From the NCBI GenBank assembly GCA_047495785.1, contig JBLDXI010000050.1, positions 124,001 to 188,000 of the forward strand: a DNA stretch of 64,000 nucleotides. The letters run 5' to 3'. Each line of letters opens with the position of its first letter. Position 1 is the first letter of the stretch. Both the position numbers and the translations under genes were made by a program. This document shows positions 43,132-55,985 of this stretch, one piece after another. Source of the DNA: Lepidodermella squamata. Taxonomy: Eukaryota; Animalia; Gastrotricha. The notes beneath the pieces are model-generated. The model worked only from the letters and a program-made list of their open reading frames with translations. It searched no databases and was not told where the DNA came from.

Positions 43132-44270
43132 TCACTTTGGTTCCCATTGGCTCTCCAATTTCGATAGCAACAGTGAAATCTTGCGTGTCCAACCAGGTCT
43201 GAGCATTTGCACGCAAGCTCCTACGGTAGCATGCAAATTGACGCAAACAACGCCCATCTTTTGCAACCAGCTCGAGGCATGGTGCGGCCCAAAATCGGTG
43301 TAGAATAATTTGAAGACGACTGCGAAAAGCGCGGGTGCGTATGAGGCGCAATATATGAAAAAAACTACGACAGACTGCTGAGCGAAGAAAATGTCACGAT
43401 CTCGCCATCTCTCCACCTTGAACGATCGACCCCGATGTCGAGTACTCACGCTGTTATCACTAGCCTTTAGCCTTCATTTGCAAATTTCGGATACATCGAA
43501 AAATCATGTAGTAATTTTTGGCTAATAAAGATACTGGAATCGTGACGCTGGTACAACAGTAACAATAGAAAACTTGAATCAAGATCACCAATCAGCCTAT
43601 ATTGGAAAGCACTGCAGATCCAACCTGGATTGCCATCGTTCAACCCTTCAATCTCAATAAGTTCATTCCGCCAGATTCCGACGAAGAAACAAATGGCAAT
43701 ACAACAGCAGTAGAGGCCAATAACCCATGACAGGAGACGTTTCGTACTGGCTTCGTAATTTGGGCTGTTTGAAAGGATGCAGAGACGGCGCTCGTATGAA
43801 ATCATCGCGTTCATATAAGTTCCAAAGGCCCCATTAGCGTATTGTATCCAAAATAAGGCAGTGCATGTCCACTGATCAGCTTCCCAGTAGCCTGTTCTAA
43901 AATTTATCGCAAGACCGAGACAACAGATGAAAGCTAAAACAATATTCCTAGCACCGTCAATCGCGATTAGCATAAGAAGACCACGTTTTACTTGCCGCTT
44001 GTACAAATCGACGCAGCTAACGATTGTTACTACGGTTACTAAGACCAGGCTGATCGCAAACATCAGCAAATGAATGAGACGGCCGTTCATTGTGACGTAG
44101 TCGAGGTCATGGAACCAGCCGATGAAATGGGGTCTCGGGTTATCATAGCCCGAGCCAGGCAAGTAAACCTCGATCCAGCCTCCGTTGATCAGCCGTGCTC
44201 TCAGATACGACGAGTTTCCATGCTGCGTTGTTTCATTGCTCTGCAATAAATTTGACGTATTGCTGTTCAT
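43132..44270 (-). pseudogene. Rhodopsin-class GPCR, copy 1, frameshifted
   Basis: N-terminal sequons, TM3 Cys, ISYERR (DRY equivalent) and TM6 YAP. Relative to copy 2 there is a 5-nt deletion at ~43550 and a 7-nt duplication at ~43461-43474. Confidence 0.85.
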
Positions 44271-44994
44271 TTTTTGCTTCGAGATGATTTGCTTTGAAAA
44301 GTAAAATGACTACACCCATACGGGCGCCGCCGTTCACATATTAATTTCCACACAAATCACTAATACTGGCCAGAACGAGGTCATGATCGTAACATTGCAT
44401 AATCGCGCCAGAATGCGCGTAATAGGCCGCATTTTGATTTTGAGACTTGATAGAATTTGTTTAAAATTGAACCATTTGAAATGCCCGAGTCGCATTTTTT
44501 GCAGGTTTTGATCGGCGATTTTTTGGGCGGTTAGCTACTATTTCGCCAGTTATTTCATATATATTGAAGCGCGGCAATTTTAGCTAAAATCACGACAATT
44601 GCGAATTTTTATAGATTTTATAGAATGTTTATAACCCTCGCTTAGATTACGGCCAAATTCAAGGACATTTCCATAAATTATCAAACTATTTGTATTGCAA
44701 TTTTTCCTGATTTTTATCGACAAACAATTTATAATTGAATTTATTATTAAAAATAATATTATTAAATCAACTTCATCCTTTGATGTTCTAACGAAAGTGC
44801 CAATTGAAATTGGAATTGAAATTGATTGATTGCACTGACTCGAAATTGGCCGACTTTGGCCTTGAATTCGTTATAAAAAAAATCCCTCTCGATGAGACCA
44901 GTGTAAAAATATTTGTTGCGCAGATTCAGCCACCGATGATTTTTATATTCATTTTCTTAAAAGTTTAAAAAACACAAAAATTTTGAAATAAGTA

Positions 44995-45124
44995 CCGTCA
45001 ACTGGGGTGACTTTGGGCAGTGGGGTCACTTCGACGTACAAAAATGGGGTGACTTTGGCGTACCAAAAATCAAACATGGTAAGGTAAATACCCCGCGAGT
45101 GGGAAAAGTCACCCCAGTTGACGG
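44995..45124. mobile_element. pogo/Tigger-type (Tc1/mariner superfamily) MITE
   Basis: TIR CCGTCAACTGGGGTGACTTT, with TA on both sides. Confidence 0.85.
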
Positions 45125-48009
45125 TATATTTTTTGTCTACTTGTTCATAAGGTGCGAAGCCGCGCTATAGTTGGAGCAAATTGCAAATTTTAGGGGAATC
45201 ATGCTATAATGTCTCTTAGTCAACATGAATCGCTAAGATGTTTCGACGACGGCTAGTTTCTTTTCAAGCCATTTTTTACGATTTTCCGAAAAATACGAAA
45301 AATTCGCCTCACCTGTCACTTGCTTATGATTATTTTATTTAGAAATAATCACAAATCATGACGATAGAATGAAAAGTTGCTTGAAGTTAAATCTACTACA
45401 GCACCATCTATAGATAGCAAATAGCAGGCGGTCGATTATCCAAGTAGAAACGTTCAAATTTATTTGACGAGTAAATCACATTAATATTCACAGATCGGAA
45501 ATATCCAAAAAATCGACATAGAACAGCGATCGGCTATGTATTCCGATCAAACTTTTTTCCGATTTGAAGTATAAAATTCTCAAAAAATCTCATCGATAAT
45601 TTACGATTTGGCGATCGTTTTTCTACTGATTTCATGGCTATGTGTGGTTCGGTGGTCCGTCTATGTAGCGTTCCAAACTTTATGTTGCGAAATGGGAATG
45701 TTTGCCGGATAACAGAGGTTTACTAGCAAAATAACATGCCAAAGTAAACGAGAAAGCAGTCCTATTTACGAACAACTTTATTAACGAACGAACCACGACA
45801 TACGAACAACGTGGCAGTTACGAATTCCCCCAACATCAAATGGGCATTACGAATAATAATAATATCTATTTTCAACCTGTGCTGTAACAATTTACGGCAT
45901 ATTTCAGGAGATGAGTCATTTCACCAGAACACCAACGATTAGGCCTGGGCTACTTGAGTAAATTGCTGCGAATTTTCCTGGTGGAGTGGCAGATTTCGAA
46001 TGATTGAAGTTGAGGTATAAATAGGGAAAATGAGGTGTTTTGAGGTACACTGTTTTCCAGCTGCGGTATATAAGAATAATACCGTATTTGTTCCTATAGC
46101 AGCCCGGGCTACTAAAATTTCACCAGAAATTTCCGAACAAAAAGCCGCCTATTTCCTATTTGTACCAGCAGGCGTTATATCGATTTACGCTTTAGCCGTA
46201 TCTTGGTATGCATCATTATTCGCAGCTCAGCATTCTCTGTGCTACGTGCTCCGGGCTACGGTTATTTCGTTTTCATGTTTCCTGTATCTCAAGGTGCGGT
46301 TCATTTTTCTGGTAATTAGGAACCTTGTGATAACCCTACAATGAGGAAATGGCTCTTCCTCCAATATAAAATTATGTAAAATGTAAAAGTCCAACCAAGC
46401 ATCAATCGACAAGACTGCCATAGTTTTGAAAATGCTACATAGGTACAGATAAATGTTCTCAAAAAAACACAATTAATAGCTCAAAAGGTTGAATTGTTCT
46501 TGTATTAAGGAGGCTTAACCCGCGTCACGGCTCATGGCAAGAGTTGAGCAGAGAGCTCCGATTTCGATGATTCGCCGCGGCCGTTGCGAGTTTGGAAGAT
46601 CGACTTTCGAGACATAGGCAGAGCTGTGATGCGTCCATGGACGTTTCGATGAGCCCAATCGCCACGCCATGCCCAACACGGTTGTTGGCGGCGGGTTTAC
46701 CGAATAGCAATTTTTGGGCCAGGCCATTTTAAAAAGTTGGATAAAATTATTCTAGAATATTCACTTATATATTTCTTGAATAAAAGGGAAGTTAAGATGA
46801 CTTTTTCGGCCAAATTACGGAGTCGAGAGGTATGCGAGAGTTAGGCGAGAGCTAATATCCAAATTACATTTATACCATAACATTTTCCTACAATTTTTCA
46901 AAATTTAGAAAAAAACGAGAGTATATTATTCCTAATTCCTATTCTAGTAATTCTTGAAATAAGAGCCATCCAGCCGCATAACCCTCTCTACTGATATCAC
47001 AGTAAATTTATAATTGGTCCAAATATTTGCTCCGCTATAAAAATGAGGTTCCAGCACTAACTTGATGCGTCCTGGCTCTAAATTTCTCATTCGTAGAAAT
47101 TTCGGCGTTTTCGTTTTTTGATCGATACCGAACCTAATAGGATTAGGATTTTTTATTTTAGCTACCTGGCGCCCCAAGCTAAGTAGAAAAATTATCGATA
47201 TATGTTTCCACGACGGCTTGTATCAACAAATTTGGGATTCTAGTGAAGACTAGAAATTCGAAACCCCATATTCAGGGGAAATCTAGTGCTTGAGTCTCAA
47301 ATTTAGTGCTGCAACCCTAAATTCACGGTGCACATCCATTTTTGATGTCACCCGAGATTGTCTAAAAATTGGATGCACCGAAATTTAATTCGATGAATTA
47401 TTGGATGAATCTAAATTGCAAAAATGAGCTCATATGTTTTAGCGTGAGATCTATTTTTTTCGAAGATTAGTCATTAGCAGAGTAGGAGTGGCAATATTTT
47501 CTATGATTTTTTTCCCATGGAGAATCACTGAGGAATAAAAATTTGATGCAGGGCTTAAGGGAAAAGGGGAAGCCCGCATTTTCGATTGATGCTCAAAAGT
47601 TGGCAATTTATCTCGATCTATAAGATGATGAACAAGATCACGGGATTAGGAGATTAGGAACAAGATACAAGATTGAGCGATCGACAACAAAATGATGCTA
47701 TAAAATAGAACGGAAGTCAATACGGAAAATAGAAAAATAGATCATGGCAGGTTTTTCATCTATAACGAGCTATGCCAAATTTGAAACAGTCCATCTTCTT
47801 ATAAAACTTAATTTTATTTATCAGTCATGCTCATGTGAGTGTAGACAGGCTTTAGATTACGATTCTGTGTGTTGCAGCATTGCGCAACATCGAACGCAAT
47901 TGTTACACTTGACTTTGATGGTTCTAGTTTTCCATTCTAATTTATCTATTTTTGGATGTCCTAATTTTCTCCAACTTTTTGGCTTCGAAACCGAAATTTA
48001 GACCGCGAG

Positions 48010-48441
48010 GGGCGCGTTCAAAAAGTCTCAGAGCTTCTGAATGCCGTTTCTTAATTACTTGGGATTGTTCTCTGATTGCGTAATAATATTTTAAACTGAA
48101 AATCGTGAATTTATTCTTTCTCGCAACTTCTTTTTCAGGACAAATAGTACTGCCATTCTGACTTTTCTAGGTCATTTTTATTGTTAAATAACCCAACTCA
48201 CGTGGGTAATCAAGGAACAGTTTCAGAGAGCTCGAGCAGCCTGAAACTTCGAACAATGGTTTATTCTCGCTGAACGTTCTGAGCATTAAAAAATCGCGTG
48301 AAAGCGTAATCAGGCACTTCTGTGTCCCTCTTCTCTGAAACTAAACAATGCAAAAAACCACTCTGAACATTAAAAAACGCGTATTTTGAGTAATTAACAA
48401 AAAACAGCGTTCCAGAGCGCTGGGACTTTTTGAACATGCCC
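48010..48441. mobile_element. PIF/Harbinger-like MITE
   Basis: TIR GGGC(GC/AT)GTTCAAAAAGTC, 3-bp TSD GAG. Confidence 0.7.
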
Positions 48442-49196
48442 GAGGTTCATACTCTTCCCTCGAGAGTTCACATTGTTCTCTGACATTGATTACGCCATCG
48501 ATTACATCGATATTTTGAGGGTTGTCCTATTTTTAACCACAGCAAAGTTTCAATTTCAGCCGCGGCCTGCTTTGCGTTCCGATGAGAGTTCATATTGTTC
48601 TCAGATTCTGATTACGTCGATTACGTCGACTGCGCTCATTTTAGCTCGAGGCTAGCTTAGCCGTTTTTCTCCATTTTGGTTTATAACTGCGTATAGAGCC
48701 TGCCTATAGCGTGGATATTTGGGCTGGCAAATTTAATTAAGAAAATTAATTGGTGGACGACTCGTTTTTGATAATATTCGTGCGGCCAAGTCACTTTATA
48801 GAGTCTTTCAAATTGCTTCAATCGCTACGGAATCGATTAATTTTAATTTTATCGGCCTTCTTTCATCGGCTTTGAACGCCTCTCGATGAGAATTATGAGA
48901 AAATAATAGGTAAATGGTGTGGATAGCATCATAAATAATCATAATAAACAGTAAAGCCGATGATTGAAATTCACTGGTATTATTCACTGAAGAAAAAAAA
49001 AAGTATATATAACCTTGCGGAACTAGCAACTAAAATTACCTAGCGGATCCTGAACCACGGCTTGCTGAAATACGTATTATATGTAATTGAGGTTAAAAAG
49101 CGCTGATAACCAGGTGTGAAGCTAAATTATCGGTGAACGCATAAACTGAACAATAAATAGAAAAAAATCAGAAATGATGAAAACACGGATGAAAAC

Positions 49197-50000
49197 GGTC
49201 GCCTGACATTTGAGTCCCGCGACACTTGCGCCGCGACACTTGCGCCCCGACAATTGAGTACCGACATTTGCACCCAGGTTTAACTTGCGCCCGACGACAC
49301 TTGCGCCCATTTATAAAAATAATAAATTTATTTCAACTTGCGCCCAAGCTGGCGACACTTGCGTCCAAAAACACTTCCGCCCCGGACTCAACTGTCGCCG
49401 AAATTAAATAAATAGATAGATAGCATAAATAACACAACGGGGTAGAGGTTAGAAATGTGATGACCAATTTCCATTTTTGAATGCTATTTTGGGGTCTACA
49501 TCCCTCTGGTTGTTTCACCGACTTCCAAAGGGGTAACGCTAACGAAAACCGTTCGTTATCGTCGTGAACAGAATTTTCTTCATCATTTTTCTCTCCCGAA
49601 TCCGAAGCTGATGAGGCCTCGAGTAAAGTTTACCGCTCACTAAGATCTATCGACTGGTGAAAACCGCATCATAATTCCTCTTGGTTCGGGAGGTATTGAA
49701 ATAATGCGAGGCGAGAAATTAGGTACGGCGACAAAATATAACTATAACAGCGAGTAAATTCGGAATAAAGCTGGGCGCAAGTGTCGCAGATGATTGGGCG
49801 GAAATGTCGCGGGCTGAACTCAAGTGTCGCCGGGCGCTTCTGTCGTGTTTGCAAATGTCGCCCCTGAATATTTTAGTTTGGGCGCAAATGTCTCGTACTC
49901 AAGTGTCGTTTTTAAAACGGGGCGCAAGAGTTTTTGGGCTCATTTGTCGGGGCGCAAGTGACGGGGCTCAAGTGTTGCGGTACTCATTTGTCGGCACACC
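49197..50000. mobile_element. Foldback-type MITE (MULE- or Merlin-like)
   Basis: GG...CC ends and 8-bp TSD ATGAAAAC. Arrays of GACACTTGCGCCC on the left and GGGCGCAAGTGTC on the right. Confidence 0.85.
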
Positions 50001-50262
50001 ATGAAAACCTAACTGAGAAATTAATTGATTGGTTTTTTTAATTATTCAATTAATTAATTGCAAAAAATTAGGGCAATCGCAATTTAGTTAGTGATTTCTT
50101 CCGCACAGCCTCAATAATTTTGAAAATTTCAAAATTTTCATCGACTCCCCGAGTGAATAAAATTTCAAGCATGTTACGCTCACTATTACGCGAAGTGGAA
50201 CAATGCACGCGTCTCATGGGATCTTTTTTCCTTCGACTTTGTGAATGGCGGCGCCCGTATGC

Positions 50263-50639
50263 CAGCGCTGAAAGTAGTGCCAGGTACGCAAGGGACGCCG
50301 AGTATACCGCCAGGTACGCGTACCTGGCAGGTTTGGGCTCCTGTTGTACCTGCCAGGTACGCTGAAATCCCTGGCGGATTAGAAGTTCGAAATTCGAAAT
50401 TCGATCCATGTCAGCTAACATTTGAAGCATTTTTTGCTAACTGAGCTCAAAATGTAAGACAAAAAAAGCGTCAGCTAAAGCTCGCCTTGTAATATCAAAG
50501 AGAGATTGGCATAATACCCAGAAATATATTAGCCAACTCCTGATTGGAAGGTTCGCGAGCGAGCGTAGCGAGCGAGCGCAAATTTTGTTGCTCAGTTACA
50601 TGCGTACCTGGCAGGTCAAATGTCCTACTTTCAGCGCTG
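50263..50639. mobile_element. hAT-like MITE
   Basis: 15-bp TIR CAGCGCTGAAAGTAG and internal GCCAGGTACGC repeats. No TSD. Confidence 0.65.
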
Positions 50640-50659
50640 TACTGCATTCAGCGCTGTAC

Positions 50660-50718
50660 AGAAGTGTACTGCATTTAGATTGTGTAGTCACTACACAATC
50701 TAAATGCAGTACACTTCT
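50660..50718. repeat. Perfect 29-bp palindrome with a 1-nt loop
   Basis: AGAAGTGTACTGCATTTAGATTGTGTAGT-C-ACTACACAATCTAAATGCAGTACACTTCT. Confidence 0.9.
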
Positions 50719-51382
50719 ATATAACCGCTTCGAGACAATCGATACTTTTTCGTGCGTGGTCTATGTATCAATATTGGTAATTAAAGGCATAAATTCTTCC
50801 CGCTGTCATTCAGCACATTTAGCATGTGAACCTGCGTGGTGAGAAAGCCTCAGTATTCTCAGCAAAATTTCGTGAGGTGCTTACGATAGAGAGGAAAGCT
50901 CTAATTTCGGTCGGGGCAGGGTTCCCGATTTCGGACATCGCGAACTGACGACGAAACAGAATTACGCCTTTACGTAAACCACCTAGCCTTACGCAGGTGC
51001 GGGATTTAATCCTGCAAACCGGAGAGGTGAATATTGATCTGAATACTGAGCTTTGAAAATTTAAAATGACTATAAGGCAAAGGTGTTAGCGAACGCACTA
51101 CCTTGCTCTTTTCGGTGATGTTCACGCTCCAGCTTTAGCTAGCGCACATCGCACCCGTGTACCAAGTTACATGCCTCCGTGTGTCATGAGATGTGCGTTA
51201 GCTAAACGGGATGCTGATTTTCTGAAGTTGCACGCACATATGAAACGATTGGGCTGATCGAAAAATCCGCTGGGCCAATAGAGCGATTTCGACCACTTTT
51301 CGCACAGGCATAACGGTGGTGCATATAAGTGCATATCTACAAACGGGTTTGAAAATCGGGCCTCCCCATAGATCCCATAGAC

Positions 51383-51530
51383 CAGAGAGCGAAGTACCGC
51401 TGGTGATGGTAGGGATCATCCCTACCAGTTTCATCAGCCCGTACGGTGAGCACAGTCAAAGACCAAAGGGGGGACCGTTATGTCGATTTTCCTCATCCCA
51501 ACCAGTTCCGATGTCCTACTTCGCTCTCTG
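51383..51530. mobile_element. hAT-like MITE (related fragments at ~27590-27743, ~28960-29055, ~31389, ~31915-31997, ~59480-59645, ~62075-62230)
   Basis: TIR CAGAGAGCGAAGTA, 8-bp TSD CCATAGAC. Confidence 0.85.
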
Positions 51531-51779
51531 CCATAGACCATAGACCCTGAACTATTATAAACATTACATTATAGGCGATTTTGTTTTCTTGGCAGACTCT
51601 GGAACCCCTGTGTACGATACCCCGTACTGCTTGTCACGTGGCAACGAGCTAGACAGTTCCGATATCTTCGGGGAGCTATTTCGATCCGAAGCCTTTATTC
51701 TTTATTCTCTTCAATTAGTACACTCGCTCTTGATCACAAAATAATCTGACGTGGCACCTCATGCAATCACAAGTCATAG

Positions 51780-53553
51780 TTATCCCGCCAAGCTTTCCAC
51801 GCATAAATCATGATTGGATTGATAGTTGTTGGACGTCGAGTACAGCGCCTCCTGTGAATGTTGATCAACAATTTTAGAAAACTATGGCGAATTGGTATAG
51901 GCCTGTTTTACCTGAGTTGATACGCCAATGCAAGACCCCAGGCAAAATTCCATGTCAGATTCGTCCTTGCACTTCACAGCTTTCTGCAACGAAATTGCGT
52001 CAAAAATTCGATTCGAAAAAATTCAAAACACAAATTCACCCCAGCGAGGCACAAATCGCGGGTTCGGTAAATGTAGACCCAATGGTTTCGAGTCTCACCA
52101 GTTGGGCAGCCAGAGCTTTGAGGGCGGCAGTCGGCGTAATACAAACTCTCAGAATTGAAGCAACGAACGTGCGGCTTCTCGCTGTCTGGAAGCGAGACTG
52201 AAAAACCCGGGAATATAATAGTCGAACAAATTCATCAACATTTGGAAAAAACCCACTCTGTCCGTTTGTGCACGATGCGAGATTATTGTAAACAGTTGTT
52301 TCAGTGGTCTGAAAAAATTCAGAAAAATAAAAAAGAAGACTATAAATAACCACTGGCGAACCAAGGTGCCCGGGCACGGATACGGCGTGGGCACGCAAGT
52401 TGTGATGTTGCCGCCGGACGTGCAACGCCTGAATGGCAAATTCTGGAAATAGAAGAAGAACAATTTATCGATTTGTCAAAACGGAGCTTAGATGAAACAC
52501 CCACAGCAAATGAACCCCTTGTCTTTTCGCACAGGTTGAGGTTGAAAACGAGACTCAGCGTTGCCGTTCGGTTGAACGTGAAAAGCTGGAAAACAATTAT
52601 TTCAACTAGAAATTCTAAATAAATTCAATATTTCAATAGAAAATCAAAAGGAGATTTGAAATTTGCCCTTCCGAATTTAGTCTAGTTGGAATAGAAGGTC
52701 CATACCGTTATTTCGTTGGCGTCGCATTGATCGCGCCCTGTAACGCAACGCGGGCTTAGCGCCTCATATTTGTAGCAAATTTTGGCAGTCTAAAATGAAA
52801 CAAGTTGCACAAAATTTCATAGCGAATTAAAAAGTAGCTTACCCCGCGGTAACAGGAACCCTTAGCAGGGAAGATTGGTCCGCTCTGAAAATTGGATAAA
52901 TTTAGAACAAATATTTAGAATTTTAGGAAACACGGCTTTACCTGGTACCGTATTTACTTGAATAAAGGCCGCGGCGATTATTTTCCTAATTTTTCAGAAA
53001 AGGTAAAAAAACGCGGCGATTAATCGAGTGCGGTCTTTATTCGCGTGCGGCCTTTATTTTCCTCTCTTAGCCAAAAAACGATTTTTTTCAAATGTAACTT
53101 GTCTATTTCATTATTGTCACTCAATTTCGATTTCATCTTCTTCGTTTGGATCGGTTTCGGCGTCATTTTTCGCATTTTCTTCGGCGTCGACAAAAAATAT
53201 TTGAAAATTGAAAAAAATAATTAAACATTTTCACCTCTCGCGATGATGCTGTGCCGCGCGTGTTAGAGCTGCGCTGATTAATCGCGTGCGGCCTTTATTT
53301 CGATTGTTTTTTTTAAATAACACAATTTTGCGGCGATTATTCGCGTGCGGCCTTTATTCGGAATGCGGCCTTTATTCAAGTAAATACGGTATTCGAATAA
53401 TTGATCGCAGGTCTCAGAAGATTTGACGCACCTTGCGAATCGCCCAGTTATCTGGGAGAAGCAACGAACCCAGTTTCTACCCTTGGCACTAGATGCCAGG
53501 TCGATGCGAGTAAGCATCAGCGCGAACAGCATAGCCCACATAATGCCAGCCAT
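51780..53553 (-). pseudogene. Secreted Cys-module repeat protein A (about 9 exons), exon 1 interrupted by a MITE
   Basis: Signal MAGIMWAMLFALMLTRIDLASS. Exons correspond one-to-one with gene B (WVRCFSQ...EYQ; TAKICY; CVPTPYPCP; KPHVRCFN; AVKC). Ends NHDLCVESLAG* with no lectin domains. Confidence 0.75.
52948..53389. mobile_element. Tc1/mariner-superfamily (pogo-like) MITE inserted in a coding exon
   Basis: TIR CCGTATTTACTTGAATAAAGGCCGC, TA duplication, internal GCGGCCTTTATT repeats. Confidence 0.9.
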
Positions 53554-54818
53554 TTCCAGTGAAATTCAACATCAATAAAAAATTCTAGTAATAAATGAAC
53601 CTTTCTTCAAACAAAAAATTGAATGAATGAAAAGTGAACGTTTTTCAGCGATATTAAAGGTGGCGACGTGTCTGATTTTTTTTTACGGCACGTGTCTCTT
53701 TCTCTGCCGACATTATTTTAATAGGTTAAAATAATAGGTTTCGGACACAAATAAATTAAGAATATCTTGTTGTTGTTGTAAACTAGCATGACGAGTACGA
53801 AAATCCTTGAAAATCTATATCGATAGCAGTATAATAAATCAATAGAATTTTTCAGTATTTTTCACGTTGAAAAATTATGTGAAAATCGAATCCATTTTTG
53901 ACCCCGAACTCATCAGCCGTTTGATCCGGCTCTTGAGGATATCATGTTACGCAATCGGGCTGCAAAATCGCGTGCTGTTTATCGCCATTTTCGAAAGCTT
54001 GCCTGAAGTGAAGGGCTCAATGAGAGAGAAAAAAACCGTTCAATATTTATTCAATTCATTTTATTTTCATTCTAATTATTTTATTTTGTTTTGCGAGCAG
54101 TTTTTATCCGATTTTTTGTGAGACAAATGTTTGGTTTATTTCAACGGTTTACTCATACCGCTACGGCATTTCACGATTTCCTCGGATTTTTTTGGTCAAT
54201 TTGGCAAAATACAGGATTATTCTACAGCTAGCCATAGAGAAATGAAATTTACCCCTGATCTGGAACCTATGGCTATTAGCTATAGAATAATAAGTATGGT
54301 GACGCAGGAAAATAGGCAATATATGTTGCTGAAGCCGAAGCCAGCGAGAGAAATAGCGGGGAGACTGGGAGTACGGTACTCCCAGTTCGAGCGGCCGAAA
54401 GAATGACAAGAGTACTAGGACAAGTTTCTCGAGAATTTGCGACAAGTTTCACTCTTGGATTGGAGACCATTTTCTGGCCATTCTTAATAGATTTAGTACC
54501 TTGACATCCAATTTGTCAAATTTTAACAGGTTTTCTGTAATTTTCCAACATCTCGTGAAGAGAGCTTTAACTAAGGTATCATGAATCGCTGTGATTCATC
54601 GCATAAAATCTTTATTAGAAATGGTAAAAGCCTCAAAGGAGATGAAAATAAAAGATACAATATTGAATGTATATATTAGCCTCCCAGGGTCTATAAAATA
54701 ATGGGTTTTAAATTACCCCAAATACGCGGAATAAGCAGAAATTAGCAATAGCAGTACCAAAACACTTGTTGCGAATTTGCTTCATCGCTTCAAGCACAGT
54801 GAAATGATACAAAAAAGT

Positions 54819-55985
54819 TTAAGATAACATTAGCGAGAAAAGAACTGCATCGATGACCATCACAATGAGGCCTGCCGTTATGGCGAGTACGATATCCAGA
54901 AGGCGATTGAGTGGAAATGTTAAAAATTTATGCAATTTGACAACTTTGGTTTTCACAGAATCCGGGATACTCGGGCTCAAGCAGGTATAGGCCGTAATTA
55001 TGACAGCTATAACAAATTTAGCTGCCACCATATAGACAAGGTAGACGTGGTCTGAAGTTTTTGGCATCATGCCAAAAATTAAGGTGAGAAGTACAACGTA
55101 AGACAGCACGACAGTCACGCAGAATGCTGATTGGTCCCTGTTCACTGGCTCTGCTATCAAGGAAACGACTTGAAGGACGAACAGCGATATAGTCGGGACG
55201 AAGATGTTGTAGACGTAGTAGCCGCTTTTGCGGCGAAAAATGATCGTCATGTTAATATGGTTAACGCCAGATAAGGCTAATGTCGGCAGAGGTGCATAGC
55301 TGGTGCCCTCAAGTGGCTCTACAACCGACCATATATCAGTATCCACGATGAATGACTGAACTGTCTCGTCGATTTCAAACGACTTGAGATAAATTGATAC
55401 CTCTCTCATGACATTTGCGGATTCAAAAACCAACGAGCAGGCTTGCGTATCGAAGGGAAATTTGCGGTAGCTGAAAGCAGTGCAGGATACGTCGAATCGG
55501 TCGAAAACGACGTAACTCATCGAATCCGATTGGAAAGGATAGACCCAGACCAGGTCAGTGAATTTGCGACCGACAACAGGTGATTCGTAAGCTGTCAAGT
55601 GAGAGATCCCCGGCGTCCAAATTTCCAATGCTGGAATAAGAAAGTGCAAATCGCCAGGGTAGCTTATCTTACATTCTGCTGCCGATAGTAAATCTGTGCA
55701 CTTCGGGATTTCGCATGGCAGTGTCCAAGACATCTGCAGATTAGCGAGTAATGACAGCTTTTGCGCCACGTCGTCGATTCCAACAAAGCGATGAAGATAC
55801 ATTGTCATTATCACGACAACCGGACGGGTGTTGTTCGAATAAATTGCTTGATCGGTGGGTAGGCACTTTGAACGAACTGCTGGACAGATTTCAGTGAATT
55901 TTGCCTCCAGCTTACCAGCCCCAGACAGAACCGCTTCCATCGACGCGAACCTAACGACTATCAGCAAAACAGAAAACGAGTTCAT
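54819..55985 (-). CDS. Divergent Cys-loop ligand-gated ion channel subunit, intronless paralogue
   Basis: Colinear with 1765-2934. CTAFSYRKFPFDTQAC, 4 TM. Confidence 0.92.
   Translation of the reverse strand: MNSFSVLLIVVRFASMEAVLSGAGKLEAKFTEICPAVRSKCLPTDQAIYSNNTRPVVVIMTMYLHRFVGIDDVAQKLSLLANLQMSWTLPCEIPKCTDLLSAAECKISYPGDLHFLIPALEIWTPGISHLTAYESPVVGRKFTDLVWVYPFQSDSMSYVVFDRFDVSCTAFSYRKFPFDTQACSLVFESANVMREVSIYLKSFEIDETVQSFIVDTDIWSVVEPLEGTSYAPLPTLALSGVNHINMTIIFRRKSGYYVYNIFVPTISLFVLQVVSLIAEPVNRDQSAFCVTVVLSYVVLLTLIFGMMPKTSDHVYLVYMVAAKFVIAVIITAYTCLSPSIPDSVKTKVVKLHKFLTFPLNRLLDIVLAITAGLIVMVIDAVLFSLMLS

Larger units (their letters stand above)
44317..50261. mobile_element. 5.9-kb non-autonomous DNA transposon with CA...TG ends, carrying nested MITEs
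   Basis: 21-bp TIR: CATACGGGCGCCGCCGTTCAC versus GTGAATGGCGGCGCCCGTATG (1 mismatch). No intact transposase and no TSD visible. Confidence 0.75.

Noticed and set aside
49197-50000. Short repeats with spacers resembling a CRISPR array
   Set aside because: Repeats are degenerate, irregularly spaced, inverted between halves and bounded by a TSD, in a eukaryotic context. This is a foldback MITE.
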